Assembly: GCA_963727625.1 (NCBI GenBank)
Contig: CAVSHR010000012.1
Span: 544,001-608,000 of the forward strand
Length of the DNA: 64,000 nucleotides
From: an uncultured delta proteobacterium
GTDB taxonomy: Bacteria > Desulfobacterota > Binatia > UBA9968
Direction: 5' to 3'
In this document: positions 53,268-63,239 of the stretch, piece by piece
Layout of the letters: each line of letters begins with the position of its first letter
Position numbering within the stretch: position 1 is the first letter of the stretch
Notes under the pieces: generated by a model
The model's input: only the letters and a program-made list of their open reading frames with translations
Databases searched by the model: none
Told to the model about the DNA's origin: nothing
Position numbers and translations under genes: made by a program

Positions 53268-54449
53268 ATGACCGAGAATAAACCGCCATCGCTTTGGACT
53301 CGCGCCTTCGCGCTGCTCTGTTTCGCCGAGTTCCTCGGCTACGCGCAGCATTTCGTGCTCCAGCCGACGTTTCCGCTTTACATCACTCATCTCGGCGGTT
53401 CGCCGTTTATCGTCGGATTGGTGATCGCCTCGTTCGGCGTGATGAGCGTTGTCTCGCGGCCGATCATCGGTTATTGGGCCGACCGGTGGAGCGTCACCGG
53501 CGTGATGATCTTGGGCTTGATCACGCAAACCTTGAGCAATCTGCTCTGTTTCATTCCTCATGCCGGCGCAACCATGATTGCCAACGGTTTCAGAGGCGTC
53601 GGCTGGTCCGGCATGAACACCGGCGGTTACACCCTGCTCGCCACCGCGGCGCCGGCGGATCGGCGCGGCGAGGCCTCCGGCTATTACGGCGGCGTTCAAT
53701 CCACCGCGACGATCCTGTTCCCGGCCATCGCGCTGTGGATTATCGACGCGCCTTTCGGCGGCTTCAACGCGGTTTTTTTCGTCGCCATGAGCCTGGTGTT
53801 TCTCGGCGCGATCGCGGCTTACATCCTGTCTCGGGAAACTCCGCCGCGGCCACGCCCAATCGAAGTCGAGTCCAACCAATCCTGGTGGCGCGAAATCATC
53901 AGCATTTTTGACCGCCACATTCTGTTGGCGGCGACGCTGCTCTTTACCTTGCACCTTTCGCTGCCCTGTATTTCAAGTTTTGTCGTGCTTTACTCCCGCC
54001 AACTCGGCGTCAGCCATTTCGGCTGGTACTACGTCTCGATTGGCCTGACCAGCACCGTAGCGCGGCCGATCCTCGGCCGGCTCTCGGACAAAATCGGCTG
54101 CGGCCGGTCGCTCATCGCTGCGTTCGGCTTGGAAACCGTCGCCTTGCTCGTCATGCCGCTGGTCACGACTCTTCCCGGAATAATCATCGCAGGGTCGCTT
54201 TGGTATATCGGCTCGGCCATCGGCGGCGCGCGTATTCTCGCTCTGGCGATGGAACAAGCTCGCGCCGAACGGCGCGGCCGCGCCATGGCGAGTTTTTCCG
54301 TAGCCTTCCCGTTGAGCAATGGCGCCGGCGCTTTGTTGAGCGGCTTGGTCGTCGACCTCGCTGGCTACCGCTGGATGTACATCATCGCGGCCATTCCATG
54401 CTCCTTCGGTCTTGCGCTGACCTGGAAACAATGGTCGAAGCTTAAATAA
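53268..54449 (+). CDS. MFS transporter (tandem paralog)
   Basis: Colinear with 52059..53255 (FLGYAQH, GGSPFIVG, NTGGY, WWREI). Confidence 0.92.
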   Translation: MTENKPPSLWTRAFALLCFAEFLGYAQHFVLQPTFPLYITHLGGSPFIVGLVIASFGVMSVVSRPIIGYWADRWSVTGVMILGLITQTLSNLLCFIPHAGATMIANGFRGVGWSGMNTGGYTLLATAAPADRRGEASGYYGGVQSTATILFPAIALWIIDAPFGGFNAVFFVAMSLVFLGAIAAYILSRETPPRPRPIEVESNQSWWREIISIFDRHILLAATLLFTLHLSLPCISSFVVLYSRQLGVSHFGWYYVSIGLTSTVARPILGRLSDKIGCGRSLIAAFGLETVALLVMPLVTTLPGIIIAGSLWYIGSAIGGARILALAMEQARAERRGRAMASFSVAFPLSNGAGALLSGLVVDLAGYRWMYIIAAIPCSFGLALTWKQWSKLK

Positions 54450-54456
54450 TCGCCCC

Positions 54457-54485
54457 TTGACGCGCCTGCGGTTACCCCTTATTGT
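54457..54485 (+). promoter_or_regulatory. Sigma-70-like promoter
   Basis: TTGACG-N17-TATTGT; AAGGAGG RBS and ATG (54547) downstream. Confidence 0.55.
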
Positions 54486-54546
54486 CCCCGCGAGATGATT
54501 TGAGACCAACTTAGACCGTTGGATCGGTAACCAAGGAGGCTATCGA

Positions 54547-54866
54547 ATGAGGTGCGCCGGGTGGTTTTGTCGATGGCGGAGTCGATTCACTACTTCAAGA
54601 CCCATAAGGACGTTTCGATCAAAGTCATGCAAAAATATACCCGCGGTCTGCCGCGCGATATCCTCGAAGGCGCCTACGCGGCGAATTCCGAGCTGCTAGT
54701 TGAAAACACCTATCCGACGCTTGAAGGCTTGAAGACGACCCTCGACGTTCAGGCGTTGACCGATCCGCGCGCGAAGAAGCTCAAGCCCGAAGATTTTGTC
54801 GAGTTGCGATTCGTCGACGAGATGAGAAAGTCGGGTTTTGTCGACAAACTTTACGGCCGTAAGTAA
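54547..54866 (+). pseudogene. Internally deleted NMT1-like ABC binding protein (C-terminal third only)
   Basis: C-terminus parallels 39488..40477 (IKVMQKY, EDFVELRFVDE, SGFVDKLYG); the RBS-linked ATG is out of frame with it. Confidence 0.75.
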
Positions 54867-54939
54867 TATTACCCAATCCTTCTCACCCGTCACGCACCGG
54901 ATCAGGGGTGAGTCGTAAGGAGTTCGTGGATTTTCGCCG

Positions 54940-55785
54940 ATGATCACGCCACGCGCAGAAGTCGCCGACGTTGCCGCCGTCGCGGCGCATTACGATGATC
55001 TCGATGAGCTCTACCGCAGCCTCTGGGGAACCAGTCTGCATCACGGCTACTGGATCACCGGAAAGGAATCCCCGGGCGAGGCAGTCAGCAACCTGACTCG
55101 GCTGGTCGCGGAGCGAGCTGCGATTCGTCCGGGCGACCGGATCTGCGACCTCGGCTGCGGCTACGGCGCGGTAGCGCTCGCCTTAAAGCGGGATTTCGGC
55201 GCGGATGTCACCGGTCTCACGGTTTCGGCAAAACAATTCGCGTGCGCACAAGCGCTGGCGGCAGGCAGCGAGCGGATTGAATTTTTCCTGCGCGACGCGC
55301 TCAATAACGGCTTATCCGGCGGCACCTACGACGCCGTCACCGCCATCGAGAGCTCGGAGCATGTCGGAGACAAACCCAAGTTTTTCGCCGAAGCCGCGCG
55401 GCTCCTGCGGCCGGGAGGGCGCTGCGTCGTGGCCGCTTGGCTCTCCCGCGAGCAACCGGGTGCTTGGGAGAAAAAATATCTGCTTGAGCCGATTTGCGTC
55501 GAAGGCCGGCTGGCGAGCATGGCATCGGCGGCGGAATGCCGCAGCATGCTCGCCAACGCCGGTTTCCACGAGATAAATTATTTGGATTTGACGCGCCAGG
55601 TGAGAAAAACCTGGACCGTCTGCGCCCAGCGCGTCGCCGGCCAGTTTATGACCGATGCGACATTCCGCCGTCAACTGGCCAATCGACAATTCTCCAACCG
55701 CGTCTTCGCCAAAACCGTGTTCCGCATCTGGCTCGCCTATCAGACCGGCAGCATGCGTTACGGTCTTTTCTCGGCCGCAAAATAG
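54940..55785 (+). CDS. SAM-dependent methyltransferase (tocopherol/sterol MT-like)
   Basis: HYD, LHHGYW, DLGCGYG, IESSEH. Confidence 0.9.
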   Translation: MITPRAEVADVAAVAAHYDDLDELYRSLWGTSLHHGYWITGKESPGEAVSNLTRLVAERAAIRPGDRICDLGCGYGAVALALKRDFGADVTGLTVSAKQFACAQALAAGSERIEFFLRDALNNGLSGGTYDAVTAIESSEHVGDKPKFFAEAARLLRPGGRCVVAAWLSREQPGAWEKKYLLEPICVEGRLASMASAAECRSMLANAGFHEINYLDLTRQVRKTWTVCAQRVAGQFMTDATFRRQLANRQFSNRVFAKTVFRIWLAYQTGSMRYGLFSAAK

Positions 55786-55943
55786 CCGGCGACGAGCTCG
55801 GCCCCGATTATTCAATGAAAGAATTGCCGACACGCTGGCAAACCCGCTCGGGTTAACGAACTGAAGTCTCAAATGTTGCGATATTGTTTCTCCTGAAGTA
55901 GTTATGCAGATCAAATAGACAACTTCGTAGCTATGGTTGACCT

Positions 55944-56945
55944 ATGAAATTCGGCATTTTCATCTTTGGCGACAATCATCCCGAGCTCGGCCGGTCCAAT
56001 CAAACATTTTTTGAGGAAATCTTGACTCTCGGCGAGTGGGCCGAAGAGCTGGGCTTCGACTCCTTCTGGCTCGGCGAGCACCATCTCTACTGGTACGGCA
56101 CCTGCGTCTCGCCGCCGATGATCATCGCGGCCTTGGGCCAGCGCACAAAAAGAATCCGCTTGGGGCCGGCGGTCGCCGTGCCATCCTTTCATAATCCGCT
56201 GATTGTCGCCGAAGAATACGCCTTGGCCGACAATCTCTGTAACGGCAGGTTGGAATTCGCCCTCGGCAGCGGCTTCTCGCCGGTGGAGTTCCAGCAATTC
56301 GGCATGACCATGGAAGAAGCCAGGGAACGTTTCTGGGAAGGCACCGACGTCATCATTAAGGCGTGGACTCAAGAAGAGTTCTCGCACCGGGGCAAATACT
56401 ACGACTTCAAAAATATTTCGCTGTATGTCAAGCCGCTGCAAAAACCATTGCCTCCGACTTGGCTTGCCGCGTCAAGCGATGAAACCCTCGTCAAGGCCGG
56501 TGAGCTCGGCTGGCCAATGATGGGCATACCCTTTGCGCGCTCGAGTGATCTCGCCGACGTCAAGGCAAAAAATGATCTTTATCTAAACTCGTACCGCAGG
56601 GCTGGTCACAAGGCGCCGCCGGAGATCATGGTCGCCCTGCATATATTTCTCGATGAAAATGAACAAGCCGCCGTGAACCGCGCCCGTCCTTACTTTGAGC
56701 GCGCCATCGCCTTCCATAAGACGCACCGCCGTCCCGGCTCCAAAATTCCCCAGTTGGACAACCTCAAGGCGGAGCGCCTCGGGCTCTTCACCGATCCCGA
56801 AACTGCCGTTGCAATTTTGCGCGAGTACGAAAGGATCGGCGTCACCCACGTTATCGGCCTGGTCAATTTCGGCGGGGTGCCGATGCCGGAGACACGACGC
56901 ACCTTGGAGCGGATGTCGAAAGAAGTGATGCCGAAATTTCGCTAA
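55944..56945 (+). CDS. LLM-class flavin-dependent oxidoreductase
   Basis: MKFGIF, AEELGFDSFWLGEHH, GRLEFALGSG. Confidence 0.92.
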   Translation: MKFGIFIFGDNHPELGRSNQTFFEEILTLGEWAEELGFDSFWLGEHHLYWYGTCVSPPMIIAALGQRTKRIRLGPAVAVPSFHNPLIVAEEYALADNLCNGRLEFALGSGFSPVEFQQFGMTMEEARERFWEGTDVIIKAWTQEEFSHRGKYYDFKNISLYVKPLQKPLPPTWLAASSDETLVKAGELGWPMMGIPFARSSDLADVKAKNDLYLNSYRRAGHKAPPEIMVALHIFLDENEQAAVNRARPYFERAIAFHKTHRRPGSKIPQLDNLKAERLGLFTDPETAVAILREYERIGVTHVIGLVNFGGVPMPETRRTLERMSKEVMPKFR

Positions 56946-57011
56946 GTTCGACGGTCTCACCATTCCGCTCAACCTTTCATTCGCAATCATCTTTGGGTTA
57001 TAAGAAAACTT

Positions 57012-58475
57012 ATGACCGAAGTTCGTTTTGTCGACACCACACTGCGCGACGGCCAACAGAGTCTCTGGGCTTACAACATGAGAACCGGCATGATGCTCCC
57101 CGTCGCCGAACTGATGGACCAGGCCGGCTTTGAAGCGATCGAGCTCGGCGGCCCGGTGGAGCTCCCGAAGTGCATCAAAGAGCTGCGTGAAGATCCCTGG
57201 GAGCGCTACCGGCTGGTCATTCCTAAATTCAAAAAGACCCCGCTACGGCTCATTCACGGCACGCGCAGCGGCTTTGCGATTTTTCCCGACGCCCTGCATC
57301 AGCTCTACGACACCTGCATGGCGAACGCCGGGGTGACGGAGGTGCGGATTTCGGACTCGTGGAATGATCCTAGCGATTGGGCGTGGCGCGTCCAACAAGC
57401 GAAAAACGCCGGCCTGAAACCGATTATCAATCTGATCTACACCGTCTCGCCGCGTCATACCGATTCATATTTTGCGCAAAAGATTCGCGACGCGAACGCC
57501 CTCGATGTCTACCGCATCATTCTTAAAGACCCCGGCGGCATCTTGACGCCCGAACGAACGAAGACGCTTGCGCCGGCAGTTCTCAAAGCCGCGGGCAACA
57601 CCACCGTCGAGTTGCATACCCACTGCACGACCGGACTCGGGACGCTCTGCTGCCTGGAGGCGATCAAGGCTGGAATAACGAATATCAACACCGCAATTCC
57701 GCCGTTGGCCGACGGCTCATCGAATCCGTCGCTATTCAACGTCGCCATGAACGCGCGCGCGCTGGGCTTCAAGACATTGATCGACGAAGCGCCGCTGCGC
57801 CGGGTCGCGAGTCATTTTACCGACTGCGCCAAGCAGGACGGTTTGCCGATCGGCAGAACTCCGGAGTACGACTACGCCCAATATGTGCATCAAATTCCCG
57901 GCGGCATGATTTCGAATCTGCGCTATCAACTGCGCCGCGTCGGCATGGAACACAAGATGGATCAGACTCTCGAAGAAGCCGCGCAAGTGAGGGCGGACTT
58001 CGGCTACCCGATTATGGTGACGCCACTGTCCCAGTTCGTCGGCAGCCAGGCGGCGATCAACGTAATCGTCGGCGAGCGCTATAAGCAAGTCACCGATCAG
58101 ACCATTGAATACGCCATGGGTATCTGGGGCAAGGAAGGCGCCGTGCTCATGGACCCCAAAGTAAAAGAAAAGATTCTCAACCGCCGGCGCGCCAAGGAAA
58201 TCGCCGAGCGGCCCCATCCGACCGATTCGCTGCAAGAGCTGCGCCGCAAATACGGCGGCGCTGGAGTTAGCGACGAAGACGTGTTGCTGCGCTTTTTTTC
58301 CAGCAAGGAAGACGTCGAACGCATGCGCGCGGCCGGCCCGCCGCGCGCTTACACGACCAACGGCAATCCGCTGCTCAATCTGGTCGAGGAGCTCAGCAAA
58401 CAAAATGAACGCAGCAGCGTATATATTCGGCGGCCGAATTTCTCTCTGCGATTGGAAAGACGCCGCACCGTTTGA
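57012..58475 (+). CDS. Pyruvate carboxylase B / oxaloacetate decarboxylase alpha-like carboxyltransferase without a biotinyl domain
   Basis: DTTLRDGQQSL, EDPWER, LKDPGG, LHTHCTTG, HQIPGGMISN, GYPIMVTPLSQ; no AMKM. Confidence 0.88.
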   Translation: MTEVRFVDTTLRDGQQSLWAYNMRTGMMLPVAELMDQAGFEAIELGGPVELPKCIKELREDPWERYRLVIPKFKKTPLRLIHGTRSGFAIFPDALHQLYDTCMANAGVTEVRISDSWNDPSDWAWRVQQAKNAGLKPIINLIYTVSPRHTDSYFAQKIRDANALDVYRIILKDPGGILTPERTKTLAPAVLKAAGNTTVELHTHCTTGLGTLCCLEAIKAGITNINTAIPPLADGSSNPSLFNVAMNARALGFKTLIDEAPLRRVASHFTDCAKQDGLPIGRTPEYDYAQYVHQIPGGMISNLRYQLRRVGMEHKMDQTLEEAAQVRADFGYPIMVTPLSQFVGSQAAINVIVGERYKQVTDQTIEYAMGIWGKEGAVLMDPKVKEKILNRRRAKEIAERPHPTDSLQELRRKYGGAGVSDEDVLLRFFSSKEDVERMRAAGPPRAYTTNGNPLLNLVEELSKQNERSSVYIRRPNFSLRLERRRTV

Positions 58476-58504
58476 ATGATCGCGGCGTTTTTTGGGAGGA
58501 CATC

Positions 58505-59032
58505 ATGGCACGCGTGCCCTTGATCGAAGAAGCCGACCACCCGGAGCTTGCCGATTCTATCGCCAAAATTAAGGGCGCACGCGGCGGCCGGCTCATCAAT
58601 ATCTATCGTTTGATGCTGCACAGCCCGGCCCTGGCCAACGCCTGGTTCGATTTGAACCAGGCTGTGCGCTACGGCACCGAGATCGACGGCCAGAGCCGCG
58701 AGCTGGCGGTGATCCGCGTGGCGATCTTAAACAACGTCGAATATGTCCAGCGCGCCCACGGCCCCGCCTACGCGCTCAAAGAAGGCTTGACGCCCGAGCA
58801 AGTGACGGCGCTGGCAAACTGGCGCGACTCGAAGCTTTTCAGCGACCAGCAGCGCGCCCTGCTCGCTTACACCGACGCGATGACTCGGACCATCGAAGTG
58901 TCCGGTGACGTTTTCGACGAACTGCGCAAGCATTTCAGCGAACGCCAAACCGTCGAGCTCACCATGCTCATCGGTGCCTACAACATGCTGACCAGATTTT
59001 TGCAGGCCCTCGAGGTCGATCCGGAACCCTAG
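58505..59032 (+). CDS. Carboxymuconolactone decarboxylase/AhpD-like protein
   Basis: HSPALA, RELAVIRVA, EY..RAH, VELTMLIGAYN; GGAGG RBS. Confidence 0.88.
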   Translation: MARVPLIEEADHPELADSIAKIKGARGGRLINIYRLMLHSPALANAWFDLNQAVRYGTEIDGQSRELAVIRVAILNNVEYVQRAHGPAYALKEGLTPEQVTALANWRDSKLFSDQQRALLAYTDAMTRTIEVSGDVFDELRKHFSERQTVELTMLIGAYNMLTRFLQALEVDPEP

Positions 59033-59039
59033 CGGATTA

Positions 59040-59105
59040 GTTTAAAGTTCAAAGGTTCAAGAATTCAATTCCGACCTTGAACGTTTGAACGCTTGAACCT
59101 TGAAC
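59040..59105. repeat. Compact inverted GTTCAA palindrome inside the operon
   Basis: gtttaaagttcaaaggttcaagaattcaa ... ttgaacgtttgaacgcttgaaccttgaac. Confidence 0.75.
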
Positions 59106-59116
59106 GAAAGCTTTCT

Positions 59117-60208
59117 ATGACACCAACGCCCAGGATCAAATTCGTCGTCGAAAACGACAGTTTTCTCCGGCTGATCCAAGTCGTCCTCGATCCGGCTGCG
59201 CCGAAAGAACGCATCGACGCTTTCGCTCATTTCTGCAAGCACGACACGCCGGATTTTGTCGGCTGGTGCGATAAAATCCGCGCCCGAGCGCGGAATATCT
59301 ATCCGACCAACGTATGTCTTGTCGATAGCCAAAGCGAGCTTAAGGCAAACCTTTCGGGGGCAACCGTCGCAGTGGTCGAGGAACTGCAGATCGGCAATGA
59401 AGAATTCGTCGCGGCCGGAACCCAGCTTAAGTTCGTGCAAAAATACGGTTTCACCACGCGTAACATCGACGCCGACGCCTGCGCGAACGCCCGCGTAAAA
59501 GTGCTGACGATCCGCCGCCGCGCCAACATCTCCACGGCGGAGCAGGCTTTAATGCTTATGCTCGCGCTGGCGCGCCAGGTGGCGCGCAACGCCAACCTGA
59601 TCAGCGTCAAACAGTTAAAAGATGCCGGCTACGAACCGACGACTTACGACCGTTCACATACGCCCAACGGCAACTGGGCGCGCATTCCGGGGATGATTAC
59701 GCTGTATCAAAGGCAACTCGGTGTTATCGGTTTAGGTGAGATCGGCCGGGAACTGGCGCTCCGCGCTCTTGCGCTCGGCATGCGCATCGCTTACACCCAA
59801 CGCACGCGCTTGCCGGTTGAGGTCGAACGACAATATCGTGCGAACTATTGTTCGCTGGAAGAGCTGCTCGCCGGTTCGGATGTCGTGAGCGTCCATCTGC
59901 CGCGCAGTCCCGCAACCGCGGGCTTCATCGGCCGCCAGGAATTGTCGGTCATCAAGCCTGGAGCCTTTTTGATCAACGTCTCCCAACCCAATCAGGTCGA
60001 GCGCGATGCCTTGCGGCACGCGCTCGCGTCAGGCCGGCTGGGCGGATTTGGGCTCGACACCTTCTATGATGAACCGGGCGATGCCAACGACCCGTTGATC
60101 AAGTTTCCCAACGTGATCGTCACACCCCATCTCGGCGGTTCGCCGCGCTGGAACTCCCTCGACGACATCGAAGAAGTTATCGTCAATCTTTCGCGCCATC
60201 TCGCTTGA
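59117..60208 (+). CDS. D-isomer-specific 2-hydroxyacid dehydrogenase-like protein
   Basis: GVIGLGEIG, SDVVSVHLP, LINVS, DTFYDEP, TPHLGG. Confidence 0.88.
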   Translation: MTPTPRIKFVVENDSFLRLIQVVLDPAAPKERIDAFAHFCKHDTPDFVGWCDKIRARARNIYPTNVCLVDSQSELKANLSGATVAVVEELQIGNEEFVAAGTQLKFVQKYGFTTRNIDADACANARVKVLTIRRRANISTAEQALMLMLALARQVARNANLISVKQLKDAGYEPTTYDRSHTPNGNWARIPGMITLYQRQLGVIGLGEIGRELALRALALGMRIAYTQRTRLPVEVERQYRANYCSLEELLAGSDVVSVHLPRSPATAGFIGRQELSVIKPGAFLINVSQPNQVERDALRHALASGRLGGFGLDTFYDEPGDANDPLIKFPNVIVTPHLGGSPRWNSLDDIEEVIVNLSRHLA

Positions 60209-60246
60209 TCATTTCCTTCGACTACAAAATACGATTGACAGTCTAA

Positions 60247-60669
60247 TTGCGCCGGCGCTCTAGTCCGCGCGTTCCAGACGCCATCTGGCTTGGCGCCGTT
60301 GTCTCTGTCCGCAAACAGGATCGCTACGTGGCGAAGCGGGTCACTTGGGAGATGCCCACTGGAGGGGTTCATTCCGGGGAAAGCGTCGAGGATGCCGCGC
60401 AGCGAGAATTAGGAGAAGAGGTTGGTTACCAAGCAGGTCGCCTCAAATGGGTCTCAACCTATCACGCCAGCAAAAGCGTTATGGATGAAACCGCGCACCT
60501 CTTTTGGAGAAGACCTGGCGGAGCTTAGGCTCGATTCTGACGAACCCGAGTTCATCGAGGCGCAACCAGTTCCTTCAAAAAAGTTGTTCAAATGGTTCTT
60601 GCGAGCGAGATTCTGGACAGCATGACAGTTATAGCCATTCCTCATGCTGCCCGCATGAAAGGAATTTAG
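60247..60669 (+). pseudogene. NUDIX hydrolase, frameshifted and 5'-truncated
   Basis: Nudix box GGVHSGESVEDAAQRELGEEVG; continuation spread over three frames. Confidence 0.75.
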
Positions 60670-60678
60670 CGCCGTAAC

Positions 60679-61209
60679 TCAATGACGGTCGAATGGAGCC
60701 TGCGGCTCGTAGTCGTAGCGCACCAGCCACCAGTGTCCGCTGCGGCGCGCGAACATCCAGAAGTCGCGGTAGTAATGGTCGCCTCCCCACCCATGAAACT
60801 TCTGATTGATCTCCACGACCGCCGAATTATTGACAATGTAGATCCGATGGATCCGATCCTCAAAACGGATCTGTCCAATTTTACGATCGCGAAAGGCACC
60901 AAGGGCCTCGGCGCGGATGCCGGCATAATCGATCATGACTTTCGGCTTGTCCCAAGCCCGCTGTAGCGCGTCGGCAGCATAGGCCGACATGACCACGTTG
61001 ATATCCCTCCGTTCCCAGCCCTGCCCAACAGTCATGATCAGGCGCACGATTTCTGCTTCGTCTTGGTTGCGCGAGCTGTATTGGGCGATCGGCACTCCGG
61101 CCCCATGATCAGCCCAGCTCGTTTTTGCAGCAAAGACCAGAATGAAAAACAATAAGTTGGTGGCCACCACCATTTTAAACATCTCAAACGCGAAGAGTTT
61201 CTTCATCAT
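60679..61209 (-). CDS. Secreted NTF2/SnoaL-like protein
   Basis: Signal peptide; WERRDINVVMSAYAADA, GHWWLV. Confidence 0.7.
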   Translation of the reverse strand: MMKKLFAFEMFKMVVATNLLFFILVFAAKTSWADHGAGVPIAQYSSRNQDEAEIVRLIMTVGQGWERRDINVVMSAYAADALQRAWDKPKVMIDYAGIRAEALGAFRDRKIGQIRFEDRIHRIYIVNNSAVVEINQKFHGWGGDHYYRDFWMFARRSGHWWLVRYDYEPQAPFDRH

Positions 61210-61943
61210 TTGTCCCTTTCTCTTATATCTTCTATCCCTTTGGTGCTGCAGGGCTGGATCGATGAAACCGGCGGCAACTCATGAGGTGGCAAGAAGATCG
61301 CGAGGTAACTTTCGGCTGGATCAAGCGGCATGAATTCGATCTGCCGGTAACCCACGGCCTCGAGCTCACAACGCAAAAGGGCGGGCGGGGTTCCATGATG
61401 CTGGGTCGGCCGATCGACGTCGACGATGGCAACCCGCCCAGCGGTCACAAGGGCGGGTTTCAGCCGGTAGAAGAATTCATAAGGATTTTCGATCTCGTGG
61501 TAGACGTGCGATAGGAGGGCGACATCAACGGAACCGGGCATCAACTTGGGATCATTGGGCTGTCCGAGCACCAATTTGACGCCAACCATCTCTTCCTGCT
61601 CAAGCCGCGCGGCGAGCCGTTTGAGGTAATCCGGTCTGACATCCTGCGCATATATAGTGGCTGAAGGACCCAGACGCCGCGCGAGCCGAACCGTATAATA
61701 ACCTGCGCCCGCACCGATGTCGGCGATCCTTGGGCCCGGTGCGAGGCCGAGATGGTCCATGACCCGCTCGGCCTCTCCGGTTTTGTCTCGTGTCTTCTCA
61801 TCCGAATATGCCGGCGCAACAATCGCCGCCACCGGCCGATCGGGTCTCGGAAAGACCAGCCGAACCTGCAGCAGCGCATCGCCGGCCCATAACAGACCGA
61901 TAGCCCCCAACGTCGGGATGAGATAGCGATGGACGCACAGCAT
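61206..61943 (-). CDS. Class I SAM-dependent methyltransferase
   Basis: IADIGAGAGYY, YAQDV, HVYHE. Confidence 0.88.
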   Translation of the reverse strand: MLCVHRYLIPTLGAIGLLWAGDALLQVRLVFPRPDRPVAAIVAPAYSDEKTRDKTGEAERVMDHLGLAPGPRIADIGAGAGYYTVRLARRLGPSATIYAQDVRPDYLKRLAARLEQEEMVGVKLVLGQPNDPKLMPGSVDVALLSHVYHEIENPYEFFYRLKPALVTAGRVAIVDVDRPTQHHGTPPALLRCELEAVGYRQIEFMPLDPAESYLAIFLPPHELPPVSSIQPCSTKGIEDIRERDK

Positions 61944-62314
61944 GCTCGCTGGAAATCCTCTCTCCTAAAAAGTTCAGGTGATCCAAGTAAACTCTAAATC
62001 ACCTTTGATCTGTGCAATAGGCAAACGAAAACATCGCGCACCTACCCGACGTCGCTGTCTTCGAAAATCTATTACAAGCACCCGCGGATCAATAGCGCCT
62101 GGCTTGTGACGCGCGACTTGCTGCCTAATTCGTTTCCGGCCCATCAATCCTCCCTGCTCTAACGTCAATTAGATTCGACCTTGATCATAACTATCAATTA
62201 ACTGTTTTGGAGAGCAAAAAGTTTCCGAAATGGGCGCGGGGTCAGCATTTGTTGAAACTTTTGCATGGATAGGGTGTTTTCTATTTACGGTATCTCGGAA
62301 AGGGTCGAATCTTT

Positions 62315-63037
62315 ATGAAAGGCGCCCACCACTTATCAGAATCTCTCCTTCCCGACGCTCCAGTGCTACCTCGTTTTTTGTGTCCTAGTTCCATGGCCCA
62401 AACTGATCGGCGCATTTCTGGATTTTTTTGTGACCTTGCTTTATAGCGCCATCAATAGCGAATTGGGAAGACCGCCCACCCTAGGGGAGAGCCCTTTGAA
62501 TGTCTCCGGTCTCCATGCAGGCATCTTTCTAGTATCGCTGATTTTTGTGATTGACTGGGAGCTTGAGCGGTTCAATCTCAAAGGCGCCGGAGCGCCGTTA
62601 TTTATTCTACTCACAGGCAGCCTAGGCGCTCTGAGCGCGATGTCATACAGAAGGATTGCGTATCTCTGGCGAGTGCCCGAAGGAAACATGATCGGAATGC
62701 AGTGCCTGGCCATGGCTGCTGTCTTGATTTTTCCGATGCTATGGCTGCCCCGACGCTTAATTGGCGACCGCCGCAGCGGCTGGCTCTGGATCATCGGTCT
62801 TTCCTTCTCAGCCACGGCGATGTTTGCCTACACCATCATCCATGGAAATTGATCTATTCCGCCGATTTCGATCTGATCCAGCTCTACAATATCGTGGAAG
62901 ATCCCCAGGAGAGAAGAAATCTTTGGCAAGAAAATCGCCAACTTGCGGCTGAGATGGAAAGAGAGCTGATGGGCTATCTAAAAAAAGCGGCGGGAAAATC
63001 CTACCGGCCACTGCTTTCGGACGCTCCTGCCCGATAG
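62315..63037 (+). pseudogene. Remnant of a membrane-anchored sulfatase-like gene
   Basis: TM-rich segment joined out of frame to WKLIY...QLYNIVEDPQERRNL (sulfatase-type C-terminus); ATG at 62315 is one base out of frame. Confidence 0.55.
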
Positions 63038-63239
63038 CACGACCGGTCTTCGCATCGCTTTCAGGCCTTTTGCGGGGGGTCGAAGGCATTATGTTCCGGA
63101 TGTTCCGGATAGATCAAAGTAGAGACGAAAGCGCTTGAGCAAGGAACTTTAGCGGGGGGTGGAACGTTATTAGAAAAAATCGGTATCGAGAGAACGGCTA
63201 ACCTCTTACGGATAAGCCGTAATCGCAGAAAAGTATCAG

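Noticed and set aside
62180-62198. TTGAT...ATCAA FNR-like box
   Set aside because: Spacer is 7 nt, not the required 4
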